NCBI GenBank assembly: GCA_044222185.1
Contig: JBGANV010000004.1
Span: 224,001-288,000 of the forward strand
DNA: 64,000 nucleotides
Direction of reading: 5' to 3'
Source: Planctomycetota bacterium
GTDB lineage: Bacteria; Planctomycetota; GCA-002687715; CAIWVZ01
Shown here: positions 48,540 to 57,987 of the stretch, in pieces
Position numbering within the stretch: the first letter of the stretch is position 1
Layout of the letters: each line of letters begins with the position of its first letter
The notes under the pieces: model-generated
Told to the model about the DNA's origin: nothing
What the model saw: only the letters and a program-made list of their open reading frames with translations
Database searches by the model: none
Translations under genes and position numbers: made by a program

Positions 48540-49892
48540 TCACGGAAACAGGGTCGTGTTGCTGAGGTAGACCAACCCGTTCGGCGAGTTGGGATTCACC
48601 TCGATGAACTGCGTCGCGGAAACCGCGATCGGCAACGGCGGGAAGGTCAGCGAGAGCTGATAGTGCCCGGACGCCGGGAACACGGCGAAGGGGTTCGGTG
48701 TGCCGAACAGACCGATGCCGTCCAGGATCGGGATGTAGCTCGGCGCGAACGGGTCGAGCTCGACGATGCCGTATCCGGGGAAGAACGCAGGCGGCGTCTG
48801 CCCCGGAATGGCGCCGATCTTCACTCCGAGGAGGAACGCATCTCCGCCGACCCCATGGAGGTCCCACGTCCCCATGCCGTTCGCATACTGGAACGCGAGG
48901 CTTCCCGGGACGGTGGTGGCTGGGAGCTGCCGGATTCGCCGAAGTAGGCCGAACGTGCCCGGGACGATCCCGTTCATCGTGGAGTACCAGTAGCCGTCCT
49001 GGCGCAATCCCGTGGCGATGGCCTGCATCCCCAAATCCTGGAACGTGTAGTTCTCCGACGCGAACAGCTGCTGGTTGCCGCCCGTCAGGGTCGCCGACGT
49101 CGCGGTTCCGACTCCGCAGAGGCAGACGGTCGTGAGGTCATGGACGCCGATCAGCGCACCGGACCCCAGGCTGTTGAATGACGATCGCGCCAGCGAATTG
49201 ACGGCGATGATCTGGTTCGGCAGCGCGGGGGGGTGGAGATAGAACGGAGCCGGAACGTTCGCCGGCGAAGTCCATCTCCGCACTTCGAGTCCATCTCCGA
49301 TGAGCACGGCACCGTCGATCATGGACTGCAGGATCCGGTTCTGGCCGAAGCCTGGGCCCTGGTAGGTGACCATGGTCGGCGGAACGGCGAGCGGGTTGTA
49401 GAGATAGAGCCCGGGCGACTGCAGTCCCGCCGACGCGCCGAAGTAGTACTTGCCTGCATTGTCGATCGTGAGTCCGCGCGAGATGAGCGGAACGGTGAAC
49501 GCGAGCGTTCGACCTCCCGCCGGCTCGATGCGCCAAACGCGCGTCAGGACGACGGTGAGCAGCGGGCTGTAGTCCGTCGTGTAGACGAACCCGTCCTGGG
49601 GGTTGTAGGCGAGCTGCCCGATGACGCCGAAGCCCGTCGCGTGGTTCGGGTTCACGGTTCCGTCGGGCCGGACCTGAACGACCGTCGGGCCGGTGACCGT
49701 CGCCGGAATCGGCGAGTTGACCAGGTAGACGTTGCCGAAGCGATCGACGGCCATGCTGTCACCTGTCGCCGGAATGCCGGCGGCGAGGATCTGCACGTCG
49801 AAGTGCGGCGGGTTGACGACGAGTTGCGCAGGCGATGCGCCGGCGATGGCGACGCAGGCCGCCAATGCGAGGATCGAGTAGTTCCGCGACAT
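48540..49892 (-). CDS. Secreted beta-propeller protein with C-terminal putative sorting domain
   Basis: Signal peptide; MAVDRFGNVY and LTIDNAGKYY propeller blades; ends ELDP...Q...LSNTTLFP. Confidence 0.8.
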   Translation of the reverse strand: MSRNYSILALAACVAIAGASPAQLVVNPPHFDVQILAAGIPATGDSMAVDRFGNVYLVNSPIPATVTGPTVVQVRPDGTVNPNHATGFGVIGQLAYNPQDGFVYTTDYSPLLTVVLTRVWRIEPAGGRTLAFTVPLISRGLTIDNAGKYYFGASAGLQSPGLYLYNPLAVPPTMVTYQGPGFGQNRILQSMIDGAVLIGDGLEVRRWTSPANVPAPFYLHPPALPNQIIAVNSLARSSFNSLGSGALIGVHDLTTVCLCGVGTATSATLTGGNQQLFASENYTFQDLGMQAIATGLRQDGYWYSTMNGIVPGTFGLLRRIRQLPATTVPGSLAFQYANGMGTWDLHGVGGDAFLLGVKIGAIPGQTPPAFFPGYGIVELDPFAPSYIPILDGIGLFGTPNPFAVFPASGHYQLSLTFPPLPIAVSATQFIEVNPNSPNGLVYLSNTTLFP

Positions 49893-50040
49893 GATCAGAC
49901 TCCCGGAGAGCCAAGGATCGGGGGATGGGCGCCAGGGATGGCGCACATCATACGGTCCTCGCCCCATCGTCGGCGATCCGCAATCCGACGGAGCCCGGGA
50001 GCGGCGTTGCGCCCTCAGTGGGGTCGCAACGCCGGATCGC

Positions 50041-51441
50041 TCAGACGTAAACGAAGAGGCCGGTGAGGTTCGTGAACTGCGCGCCGCCGGTGTCGATCGT
50101 CAGCGCCTGGATGAAGAGCGACAACCCGCCGACCGCCGGCGGGATCGTGAGGGGGATCGAACCCGGGCCACTCACCGTGAACAGGATCGGCGATCCCGTG
50201 ATGGGGTCGAGGAAGAGGGCCACGGGGTCCAGGAGGAGGGAGCCGGAGATCCCACCGAACGGAATGCCCGGATTGATCGACAGCCCGGACGCCGCGATCG
50301 CCGTGCTCGATCCGAACGGAGCGACGGTCGCGATGTTGAACGTGGCGTTGCTGGCGGTCTGGCCCGTGGTGTTGATGCTCGCAAACGGAGTCGACTGGGC
50401 GTCCCAGGGCGACGTACCGAGGAGGATCTCGGCGTTGTTCGGCGTGCCGTCGCCGTCGGCGTCCCCGAGCGGATCCACGATGAGCGCGTAGTCGTGCCGC
50501 GTCGAAATGGGGGACTGCGTGCCCAGGCCGACCGGCGTGACCATCTCGAGCGTGTTGGTGTTGATGTCCCAACGCCGCATCTCGGAGAGCGCGGGGGACG
50601 CCAGCCGCGTCGTCGACCACAGCCGGCCGAAGGAGTCGAAGTTCAAGCCGAGGCAGCTTGGCGCGTTGTTGATCGTTCCCGTCACGACGCCCGCGGTCGT
50701 CATGCGCGCGATCAGTCCGCTCCCGAAGCTCCCGATGAAGAGGTCGGTGCTGATGGGATCCTGCGCCATCGCCGAGATGCTCGTCAGCGTCGATGAGTAC
50801 GTGTTGAGCTGCGTGCCCGTCACGTCGAACTCCGCGACGAGGCCGCTGCTGTCACCGATGACCCAGATGTGGCTCGACACGCCGACGCCGCGGTAATCGG
50901 CGAGGACGACCACCGGCTGCATGGCCGTCGCGTTCACGTTGAACGGCGGGCTGACGACGCCGAGTGTGTCGATCTTCGTGAGCTTGCCCGGGCTCACCCG
51001 GTGGGCAATCCACTTGTTGCCGTCCATGTCGATGCTGATGCCGAGCGGCGCCGCTGCGCCGAGCACGTAGGAATTCACGAGCACGCCGTTGGCGTCGTAC
51101 TCGTGCGCCTGCGTGCCGCCCGTGACCCACGCGTGCCCGAACTTGTCGAAGGCCACGTCGTAGGCGCTTCCTGAGGGGTTCAGCACCGTCGTGAACAACG
51201 TGCCGTCGGCGTTGTAGATGTCGAAACTCGTCTGGATGAAGCGGATGACCCAGAGCTTGCCGTCCGGCGCCTGCACCATTCGGCGGAGAGACGTCGCGGT
51301 CGACACGGTCTGCGCCGAGAGTCCCCACGGCTGGAGGCGGGACAACGTGTTCGAGTTCCGGTTTGCGACCCAAAGCGTGTCCTGAGCCGAAACCTGGGAG
51401 GCAAGACACAGAACGAAGAGACTCGCGAGCGTGATGCGCAT
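50041..51441 (-). CDS. Secreted Vgb/NHL-like beta-propeller protein with C-terminal putative sorting domain
   Basis: Signal peptide; APDGKLWV, FDKFGHAWV, IDMDGNKWI and FDSFGRLWS repeats; DADGDGTPN Ca-binding-like motif; ends LLLDP...IPP...IQA...FTNLTGLFVYV. Confidence 0.85.
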   Translation of the reverse strand: MRITLASLFVLCLASQVSAQDTLWVANRNSNTLSRLQPWGLSAQTVSTATSLRRMVQAPDGKLWVIRFIQTSFDIYNADGTLFTTVLNPSGSAYDVAFDKFGHAWVTGGTQAHEYDANGVLVNSYVLGAAAPLGISIDMDGNKWIAHRVSPGKLTKIDTLGVVSPPFNVNATAMQPVVVLADYRGVGVSSHIWVIGDSSGLVAEFDVTGTQLNTYSSTLTSISAMAQDPISTDLFIGSFGSGLIARMTTAGVVTGTINNAPSCLGLNFDSFGRLWSTTRLASPALSEMRRWDINTNTLEMVTPVGLGTQSPISTRHDYALIVDPLGDADGDGTPNNAEILLGTSPWDAQSTPFASINTTGQTASNATFNIATVAPFGSSTAIAASGLSINPGIPFGGISGSLLLDPVALFLDPITGSPILFTVSGPGSIPLTIPPAVGGLSLFIQALTIDTGGAQFTNLTGLFVYV

Positions 51442-51634
51442 GGTTGGACTTCCTTCGGTCGGGTGACTCGTCACGAACTTCGGTCGAATACCGAGGGCGG
51501 GATCGTACCCCGCAAGTCCGACCGAATGCGACGCCGATTCGTGACGCCGAAACCTCTCTCACGGGCCGGCATCGGACCCGGACGTGAGATCCCCCGCTGC
51601 CGTGCACCCCCGGGGCTTCGGGTTCGGAGTGCGC

Positions 51635-51643
51635 TGCTACAAT
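51635..51643 (+). promoter_or_regulatory. Putative sigma70 extended -10 promoter (TGnTACAAT) for the sqs-shc-hpnG operon
   Basis: TGCTACAAT in the divergent intergenic region, about 130 bp upstream of the squalene synthase start. Confidence 0.45.
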
Positions 51644-51775
51644 CCGCCCCTCGTTTCGCCGACCGTCCGTGCGAATGTGAGTGCGCACGCCGGCGCCCGA
51701 TGGAACCCCAAGCCAGAGAGGATGTTGCGGTCCTCCCACCGGCGCGGGCGGGCGTTTCGATCAACCGACGCCAGC

Positions 51776-52858
51776 ATGAGCCAACCTGCCGCCAAGCCGA
51801 TGCCGATGCCGCTGCCCGCGACCGGGTCCGTCGATACGGCCTGCCAGGACGCGCTCCTCCCGGGCGTCTCCCGCACCTTCGCGCTCACCATCCCGGAGCT
51901 CCCGGGCCCGCTCCGGCCGATCGTCACGAACGGCTACCTCCTCTGTCGGATCGCCGACACCATCGAGGACGAGCCGGCGCTCTCGCTGGACCAACGCTTC
52001 GAGTTCCACCGCCGATTCGCCGACGTCGTCGCCGGGCGGGCCGACGCGTCGGAGTTTGCCCGGGACCTCGCACCGCTGCTCTCCGACCGGACGCTTGCGA
52101 CCGAGCGCGACCTGGTGCGTCGATCGGCGGACGTGATCCGGGTGACGCATGCGTTCGCGCAGCGTCCACAGGCTGCGCTCCGGCGGTGCATTGAGGTGAT
52201 GTGCTCGGGGATGCCACGCTTCCATCGCGGGCGCGCAGGCGCCGGTCTCGCCGACGTCCCAGAACTCGAGGCCTACTGCTATCACGTCGCCGGTTGCGTG
52301 GGGGAGATGCTCACGGAGCTGTTCTGCGACTACTCACCCACGATCGACGCCCGTCGCAGGGGCCTCACGGAGCGCGCCGTCTCGTTCGGCCAGGGCCTTC
52401 AGATGACGAACATCTTGAAGGACATCTGGGAGGACCGCGAAAGGGGCTATTGCTGGCTCCCGCGCGATCTCTTCCTCCGCCACGGTTTCGACCTGAAGGA
52501 TCTCGCGCCGGGTCGATTCACGCCCGGTTTCGGGGCCGGTTTGAGTGAACTCATCGCGCTCGCCCATGGCAATCTCCGCGATGCGCTCGATTACACCCTG
52601 CTCATACCTGCGCAAGAGAGAGGGATCAGACGATTTTGTCTGTGGGCCCTCGGCATGGCGGTTCTGACCTTGCGAAAGATCCACGCCCATCGGAACTTCA
52701 CGGGCGCTCGAGAGGTCAAGATCTCGCGGCGTACCGTCAAAGCAACGATCATGGCGAGCAACCTCACGACCGGAAGCGACCGCATGCTGCGGTGGCTGTT
52801 CACGATCTGCGCGGCAGGCCTGCCTTCGGCGCGGCCGGCTGCGTGTGCGGAGGCGTAA
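51776..52858 (+). CDS. Squalene synthase (phytoene/squalene synthase family, single-enzyme type)
   Basis: VSRTFALTI, YLLCRIADTIED, YCYHVAGCVG, LQMTNILKDIWED; directly upstream of shc. Confidence 0.88.
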   Translation: MSQPAAKPMPMPLPATGSVDTACQDALLPGVSRTFALTIPELPGPLRPIVTNGYLLCRIADTIEDEPALSLDQRFEFHRRFADVVAGRADASEFARDLAPLLSDRTLATERDLVRRSADVIRVTHAFAQRPQAALRRCIEVMCSGMPRFHRGRAGAGLADVPELEAYCYHVAGCVGEMLTELFCDYSPTIDARRRGLTERAVSFGQGLQMTNILKDIWEDRERGYCWLPRDLFLRHGFDLKDLAPGRFTPGFGAGLSELIALAHGNLRDALDYTLLIPAQERGIRRFCLWALGMAVLTLRKIHAHRNFTGAREVKISRRTVKATIMASNLTTGSDRMLRWLFTICAAGLPSARPAACAEA

Positions 52859-52861
52859 CGA

Positions 52862-54871
52862 GTGGAACGCGACGCATCGCCAGTCGTGAACGAGGGTGTT
52901 CCCACACGTCGCTCGGTGACCGCGCCCGCGTCCCGCTCGGTCCTGCCGAACGCGGGTTCCGTCCGGTTCGTGCCTGAGGCCGACCTCGAGCGAGCCATCG
53001 CCCGTGCGAGCGAGGCGTTGGCCCGCGAGCAGAACGCTCCCGGTGACTGGTGCTACCCGCTACAAGCCGACTGCACGATCCCGGCCGAGTACATCCTCAT
53101 GATGCACTTCATGGACGAGATCGACGTCGAGCTGCAACGGAAGCTCGCCGCAGGCCTTCGTCGGCATCAGGCGGATCACGGGGGCTGGCCGCTGTATCTC
53201 GGCGGCACCCTCGACGTCTCGTGCACGGTCAAGTGCTACTGGGCGTTGAAGCTCGCCGGCGACTCGCCGGATGCGCCGCACATGAAACGCGCCCGCGAGG
53301 CCGTGCTGGCCCGCGGCGGTGCAGCGAAGTCCAACGTCTTCACGCGATTCGCGCTCGCCATGTTCGGACAGATCCCTTGGCGTGGAGTGCCGTGGGTGCC
53401 TGTCGAGGTCATTCTGTTTCCGAGCTGGTTCCCGTTTCACCTGAGCAAGGTGTCCTACTGGTCGCGGACGGTGATGGTGCCGCTTTCGATCCTCTACTCG
53501 CTCCGCGCGCGGGCGAAGAACCCGACGGGGATCTCCATCGCGGAGCTGTTCGTCACGCCGCCGGATCGGGAGCGCAAGTACTTCCCCATCCGTTCGCGCA
53601 TGAACTGGCTCCTGCTCGCCATGGAACGTACGGCGCGCAAGCTCCGCTGGCTCATTCCCAAGGCGCTCCACCGACGTGCGTTGAAGGAGGCGACGGCCTG
53701 GTTCATCGCACGATTGAATGGCGTCGACGGGCTCGGTGGGATCTTCCCGGCGATGGTCAACTCCTACGAGGCGCTGCGCTTCATGGGTTACGGCCACGAT
53801 CACCCGCTGTCGGCGCAAGTGCGCGACTCGATCCGCCGGCTCGTCGTCGATCACGGCGACTGGGCGTGGTGCCAGCCGTGCCTCTCGCCGATCTGGGACA
53901 CGGCCATCGCGTCGTTCGCATTGACGGAAGCTCGCAGGACGACCGGCGGGCCGGTCGCGACGAAGGCCGCGTTCGCCGGCCTCGACTGGCTCGTGACGAA
54001 GCAGATCACGGACGGCCCGGCTGACTGGCGTGAATATCGCCCGAACCTCGCGCCCGGCGGGTGGCCATTCCAGTACCACAACTCCTACTATCCCGACCTC
54101 GACGACACCGCGATGGTGGCCTGGGCGATGGACGCCCTCGACCCCAAGCGGTATGCGTCGGCCGTCGACCTCGGAGTCGCCTGGCTCATCGGCATGCAGT
54201 CGCGCAATGGCGGCTTCGGAGCCTTCGACGCGGACAACACGCGGGGCTGGCTCAACGAGATCCCGTTTGCCGACCACGGCGCCCTGCTGGACCCGCCGAC
54301 CGCCGACGTCACCGGTCGCGTCGTCGCCATCCTCTCGCGTCGCAAGCGCCCGGAAGAGCGTCACGCACTCGATCGGGCCCTCGACTTCCTCTACCGCGAG
54401 CAGGAGCCGTTCGGAGGATGGTTCGGACGGTGGGGGACGAACTACATCTACGGGACGTGGTCGGTCCTGACCGGCCTCGAGACGGTGGACGACCCGCGCA
54501 AGCACGAACACGTCGCGCGTGCCGTGAAATGGTTGCACTCCGTTCAGCGCGCCGACGGCAGCTGGGGCGAGACCAATGACTCCTACGCCAATCGCACGTT
54601 CGCGGGTGCGGGGCAGGAGGGGACCTCCTTCAGCACGGCCTGGGCCCTGCTCGCGCTCATGGCGGCGGGCACGTGGGATACGCCCGAGGTCCGTCGTGGC
54701 GTCGCGTGGCTCCTTCGTCACCAGGGTGATGACGCGTTGTGGTCCGAGGAGTGGTTCACCGCGCCGGGGTTCCCGCGAGTCTTCTATCTGCGGTACCACG
54801 GCTACAGCCGCTATTTCCCACTCTGGGCCATCGCGCGGTATCGCGCGTTGTCCTCGTCAGCCGCGCGGTAG
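52862..54871 (+). CDS. shc: Squalene-hopene cyclase
   Basis: DCTIPAEY, SYWSRT, YPDLDDTA (DxDD), QW repeats (QSRNGGF, QEPFGGW, QRADGSW), GRWGTNYIYGT, PGFPRVFYLRYHGY. Confidence 0.96.
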   Translation: MERDASPVVNEGVPTRRSVTAPASRSVLPNAGSVRFVPEADLERAIARASEALAREQNAPGDWCYPLQADCTIPAEYILMMHFMDEIDVELQRKLAAGLRRHQADHGGWPLYLGGTLDVSCTVKCYWALKLAGDSPDAPHMKRAREAVLARGGAAKSNVFTRFALAMFGQIPWRGVPWVPVEVILFPSWFPFHLSKVSYWSRTVMVPLSILYSLRARAKNPTGISIAELFVTPPDRERKYFPIRSRMNWLLLAMERTARKLRWLIPKALHRRALKEATAWFIARLNGVDGLGGIFPAMVNSYEALRFMGYGHDHPLSAQVRDSIRRLVVDHGDWAWCQPCLSPIWDTAIASFALTEARRTTGGPVATKAAFAGLDWLVTKQITDGPADWREYRPNLAPGGWPFQYHNSYYPDLDDTAMVAWAMDALDPKRYASAVDLGVAWLIGMQSRNGGFGAFDADNTRGWLNEIPFADHGALLDPPTADVTGRVVAILSRRKRPEERHALDRALDFLYREQEPFGGWFGRWGTNYIYGTWSVLTGLETVDDPRKHEHVARAVKWLHSVQRADGSWGETNDSYANRTFAGAGQEGTSFSTAWALLALMAAGTWDTPEVRRGVAWLLRHQGDDALWSEEWFTAPGFPRVFYLRYHGYSRYFPLWAIARYRALSSSAAR

Positions 54872-54886
54872 ACGGGCTCGGGCGTC

Positions 54887-55594
54887 ATGACCCGAATCGG
54901 GTTCCTGGCGGCAGGGGTCATCGAAGGGGAATGCCTGCTGCGCGGTGCGTGCCCCGGCCTTCAACGGCGGCCCGATGGATCCACGCTCGCCGTGTCCGGC
55001 ATGGGGCGCGACCTGGCACGTTCCGCCTCGCGCCTGCTCGTCGCCGACGGATGCTCCGGGCTCGTCAGCGTCGGAGTTGCGGGCGCACTCGACCCCGCAC
55101 TCCGTCCCGCCGACCTCGTCGTGCCCGAGGGAGTCGTGACCGCGGACGGCCGGCGCCTGCGCGCCGATCCCGCGTGGTCCGATCGGGTGACGCTGGCTGC
55201 CGGCGGGCGCACGGTTCGTGGGTGGCTCGCCGAGGCCCTATCCGTGGTCACCACACCCGCCGCGAAGTCCGATCTCCATCGGCGCACGTCATCGGTGGGC
55301 GTCGACATGGAAACGGCCGCGCTCGCCGAAGTCGCGGCCGAGTCCGGGCTGCCGTGGATCGCGCTGCGTGTGATCGCGGACGGCGCGGGCGACGTCGTCC
55401 CCGACGCGGTGCTCGGCGAGGCCCTCGATCAATTCGGTCGGCCGAGGCTCGGGCGCCTCGTGGGTCGACTGCTCGCGCGGCCGACGCAGATCCCGGCGGT
55501 GATCAGGCTCGGGCGCAACTCGTCTCGTGCACTCGCGCGCCTGCGAACGTTGGCGGAGCGCGGGATCCCCAGCGTTTCGATCCCCCCGAAATGA
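54887..55594 (+). CDS. hpnG: Hopanoid-associated nucleoside phosphorylase
   Basis: SGMG, SVGVAGALDP.L..ADLV, VDMETAA, LRVIAD; follows shc. Confidence 0.85.
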   Translation: MTRIGFLAAGVIEGECLLRGACPGLQRRPDGSTLAVSGMGRDLARSASRLLVADGCSGLVSVGVAGALDPALRPADLVVPEGVVTADGRRLRADPAWSDRVTLAAGGRTVRGWLAEALSVVTTPAAKSDLHRRTSSVGVDMETAALAEVAAESGLPWIALRVIADGAGDVVPDAVLGEALDQFGRPRLGRLVGRLLARPTQIPAVIRLGRNSSRALARLRTLAERGIPSVSIPPK

Positions 55595-55672
55595 GAACGG
55601 GCCCCGCCATGCGGAGCCCGTCGTGGTCGATCGCGCCGCGTGGATTCCTCCACGCGTCAGCTCAACGACGAA

Positions 55673-56701
55673 TCACCAAGTGACCTGCACGACGTTCGTG
55701 CGGCCCAGATACGTGAATCCGAGCCCGAACGAGATGTCGACGAAGCGCCAGGTCTGGCCTGCGAGGCTGCTCAGCGTCCCCGCGGGCAACACGAGCGGCG
55801 AGTCGGGGAACAGGCCTGGGAAGCCGCTGATCCAGTGGAGCGGATTCCCTGGAGCTGCCGGCGTGCTGAAGATGCTGAAGGTGAGCGCGTCGGGAACGAT
55901 GCCGACGAGCGGCCCCTGGCCGACGGGCGTCGACGTATCGAGGGTCACGAGCGTGTAGCCCTCCGTCTGGCCCACGGGCGGGTTGGTGATCGACAGCGTC
56001 GCGTCGCCGACGCCGCCGCCCGAGGTCAGGACGTCGAGCCGGTAGCCGAAGTCGAACGTCAGGCGGATCCGGAACCCGAGCGTGCCGGTCGTCGTCGTTG
56101 CCGTGCCCGGCGCCGGGTCGAACGACGTCGTGCCGTGACGCGTGTAAGGCGTGCCCGTGCCGGCGATCGTCGGTGCCGTGTAGACCGAGGGAGCACCGGT
56201 GAGGCCGGCGCCTCGGCTGATCTGGATGCCGATGTTCGAGACACCATCCCACTGGAACAGCGCACCGCTACGAATCGGGATCGACGACCACTGACCGGCC
56301 ACCCACGGGAACGTGAGGGTTCCGTCGACCGTCGAATCCCACATGAGGGTGGGCGCAACGAGGTTGGAGACCCAGCCGGTCGTCGTCGGTGCAGCAACCA
56401 TGTTCCCGATCCAGTTCTTCGCGATGGGAACGACGCACGGTGACGGCCCGCTCGAGGTCGTGAACGGCGAGAACGCCACGTCCGTGAGGTTCATGCTCGG
56501 CGTGATTCCCGCTGCGAGCAGGGTCGCCGCCGGGTAGATGCAGAACGTCGTGTAGCCGCCCGTCGGCGCCGTGTTGAACGGGAACGCGTTCGATGCGCCG
56601 GTGTTCGGGACGTTGTCAGGGAAGTAGACGATGTTCTGAGCGGAGACGGACGCGGTGCAGAGGAGCACCGCGACCGCGAGGCAGGAGTACAACTTTCGCA
56701 T
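55673..56701 (-). CDS. Secreted hypothetical protein inserted in the hopanoid cluster
   Basis: Signal peptide (LAVAVLLCTASVSA); Thr/Gly/Pro-rich; C-terminal beta-strand TNVVQVTW. Confidence 0.8.
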   Translation of the reverse strand: MRKLYSCLAVAVLLCTASVSAQNIVYFPDNVPNTGASNAFPFNTAPTGGYTTFCIYPAATLLAAGITPSMNLTDVAFSPFTTSSGPSPCVVPIAKNWIGNMVAAPTTTGWVSNLVAPTLMWDSTVDGTLTFPWVAGQWSSIPIRSGALFQWDGVSNIGIQISRGAGLTGAPSVYTAPTIAGTGTPYTRHGTTSFDPAPGTATTTTGTLGFRIRLTFDFGYRLDVLTSGGGVGDATLSITNPPVGQTEGYTLVTLDTSTPVGQGPLVGIVPDALTFSIFSTPAAPGNPLHWISGFPGLFPDSPLVLPAGTLSSLAGQTWRFVDISFGLGFTYLGRTNVVQVTW

Positions 56702-56891
56702 GTCGGGACCTCGTTCGTTCGGGAGAAATGAGGCCGCTCCGTGCACGCGTGCACACGGTGGCGGACCCAACGGCAACGCCGCCGAGTGTAAGCCCGAAGC
56801 CCGGAATGGTCGAGCCGAAGTTTTCGCGAGCGGGTTCACCGGGAACCGGCGGCGCGGCCACGCTGGCGCCGAAGGGCGTCGCTGCCGCAAA

Positions 56892-57881
56892 TCACTGGCC
56901 CAGGTAGCCGTTCTCCCCGTACCACGCCACGGCCCGAGCGGCTGCGTCCTCGAGCGACGCCGGCAAGAACCCCAACTCTCGGCGTGCCTTTGAGGGGTCG
57001 AAATACATGAAATGCCGTGCGAGCCGTGCGCCTTCCAGCGGCACGGCGGGCTCGGAACGGGTCATCCACGCGATGGCTTCGCTCGCGGCTGCGGCGGAGC
57101 ACGCCACCCAGTGGGGGATCTTCCAGCGAGGTGCCCGGCGGCCCGACAGGGTCCCGATGAGTTCGAGGAACTCCCGCAGGTGCATGTTTCGATCCCCGAG
57201 GATGTAGATCTCGCCGGGCTTCCCGCGCTCGGCAGCGAGCATGTGGCCGCGGGCGACGGACTCGACGTCGACGAAGTTGAGCCCCGTGTCCACGTACGCG
57301 GGGATCTTGCCCTTCAAGAAGTCCACGATGGTCTTTCCCGTCGGGGTCGGCTTGGCGTCGAAGGGGCCGATCGGGGTCGACGGGTTGACGATGACGACGG
57401 GCAGACCGTCGGACGCGAACGACCGGGCTACCTCCTGGGCCAGGAATTTGGAGCGCTTGTAGTGACCGACCATGTCGGCAAGCGATACGGGGGTCGTTTC
57501 GTCCACGATTCCGCCGCCGCTCGTCGTCGCAAGGGCGCCGACGCTGCTCGTGTAGACGATGCGCTTGACGCCCGCGTCGCCGCAGGCTCGCAGGAGGTTC
57601 CGCGTGCCGTCGACGTTCGAGGTGTAGAGGTCCGCCGACCGGCGCGATGAGAACGTATAGGTCGCCGCCACGTGGAACACGCGATCGACCCCGCGCATCG
57701 CCGATGCGAGCGCCGCGGGATCGCGCAGGTCGCCCACGACGATCTCGGCGCGAAGCGTCGCCAGGTGACCTGTCGGGCTCGTTCCTCGAACCAGCAGACG
57801 GAGTGGCTCGCCCTCGGACGCGAGGAGGCGGGCCACGTGATATCCGACGAATCCGCTGGCTCCGGTGACGAGTGTGGTCAT
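56892..57881 (-). CDS. hpnA: Hopanoid-associated NAD-dependent epimerase/dehydratase
   Basis: LVTGASGFVG, YTSSV, GHYKRSK (YxxxK), VNPSTPIGP.D.KPTPTG, YVDTGLN. Confidence 0.92.
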   Translation of the reverse strand: MTTLVTGASGFVGYHVARLLASEGEPLRLLVRGTSPTGHLATLRAEIVVGDLRDPAALASAMRGVDRVFHVAATYTFSSRRSADLYTSNVDGTRNLLRACGDAGVKRIVYTSSVGALATTSGGGIVDETTPVSLADMVGHYKRSKFLAQEVARSFASDGLPVVIVNPSTPIGPFDAKPTPTGKTIVDFLKGKIPAYVDTGLNFVDVESVARGHMLAAERGKPGEIYILGDRNMHLREFLELIGTLSGRRAPRWKIPHWVACSAAAASEAIAWMTRSEPAVPLEGARLARHFMYFDPSKARRELGFLPASLEDAAARAVAWYGENGYLGQ

Positions 57882-57987
57882 GGCGTGCTCGAGGGCTCCT
57901 TGTGTCACCGCCGGGGTCGCGTCGGAAGAGGGCCGCGTCGATCCGCCGCCGTTCCCCTGGCCTGCGCGGTGCGTATCATCCGGCCCC

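Noticed and set aside
52862-54871. Oxidosqualene cyclase (sterol synthesis, as in Gemmata)
   Set aside because: Catalytic motif is DLDDTA (SHC type), not DCTAE; no squalene epoxidase, and hpn genes surround it.
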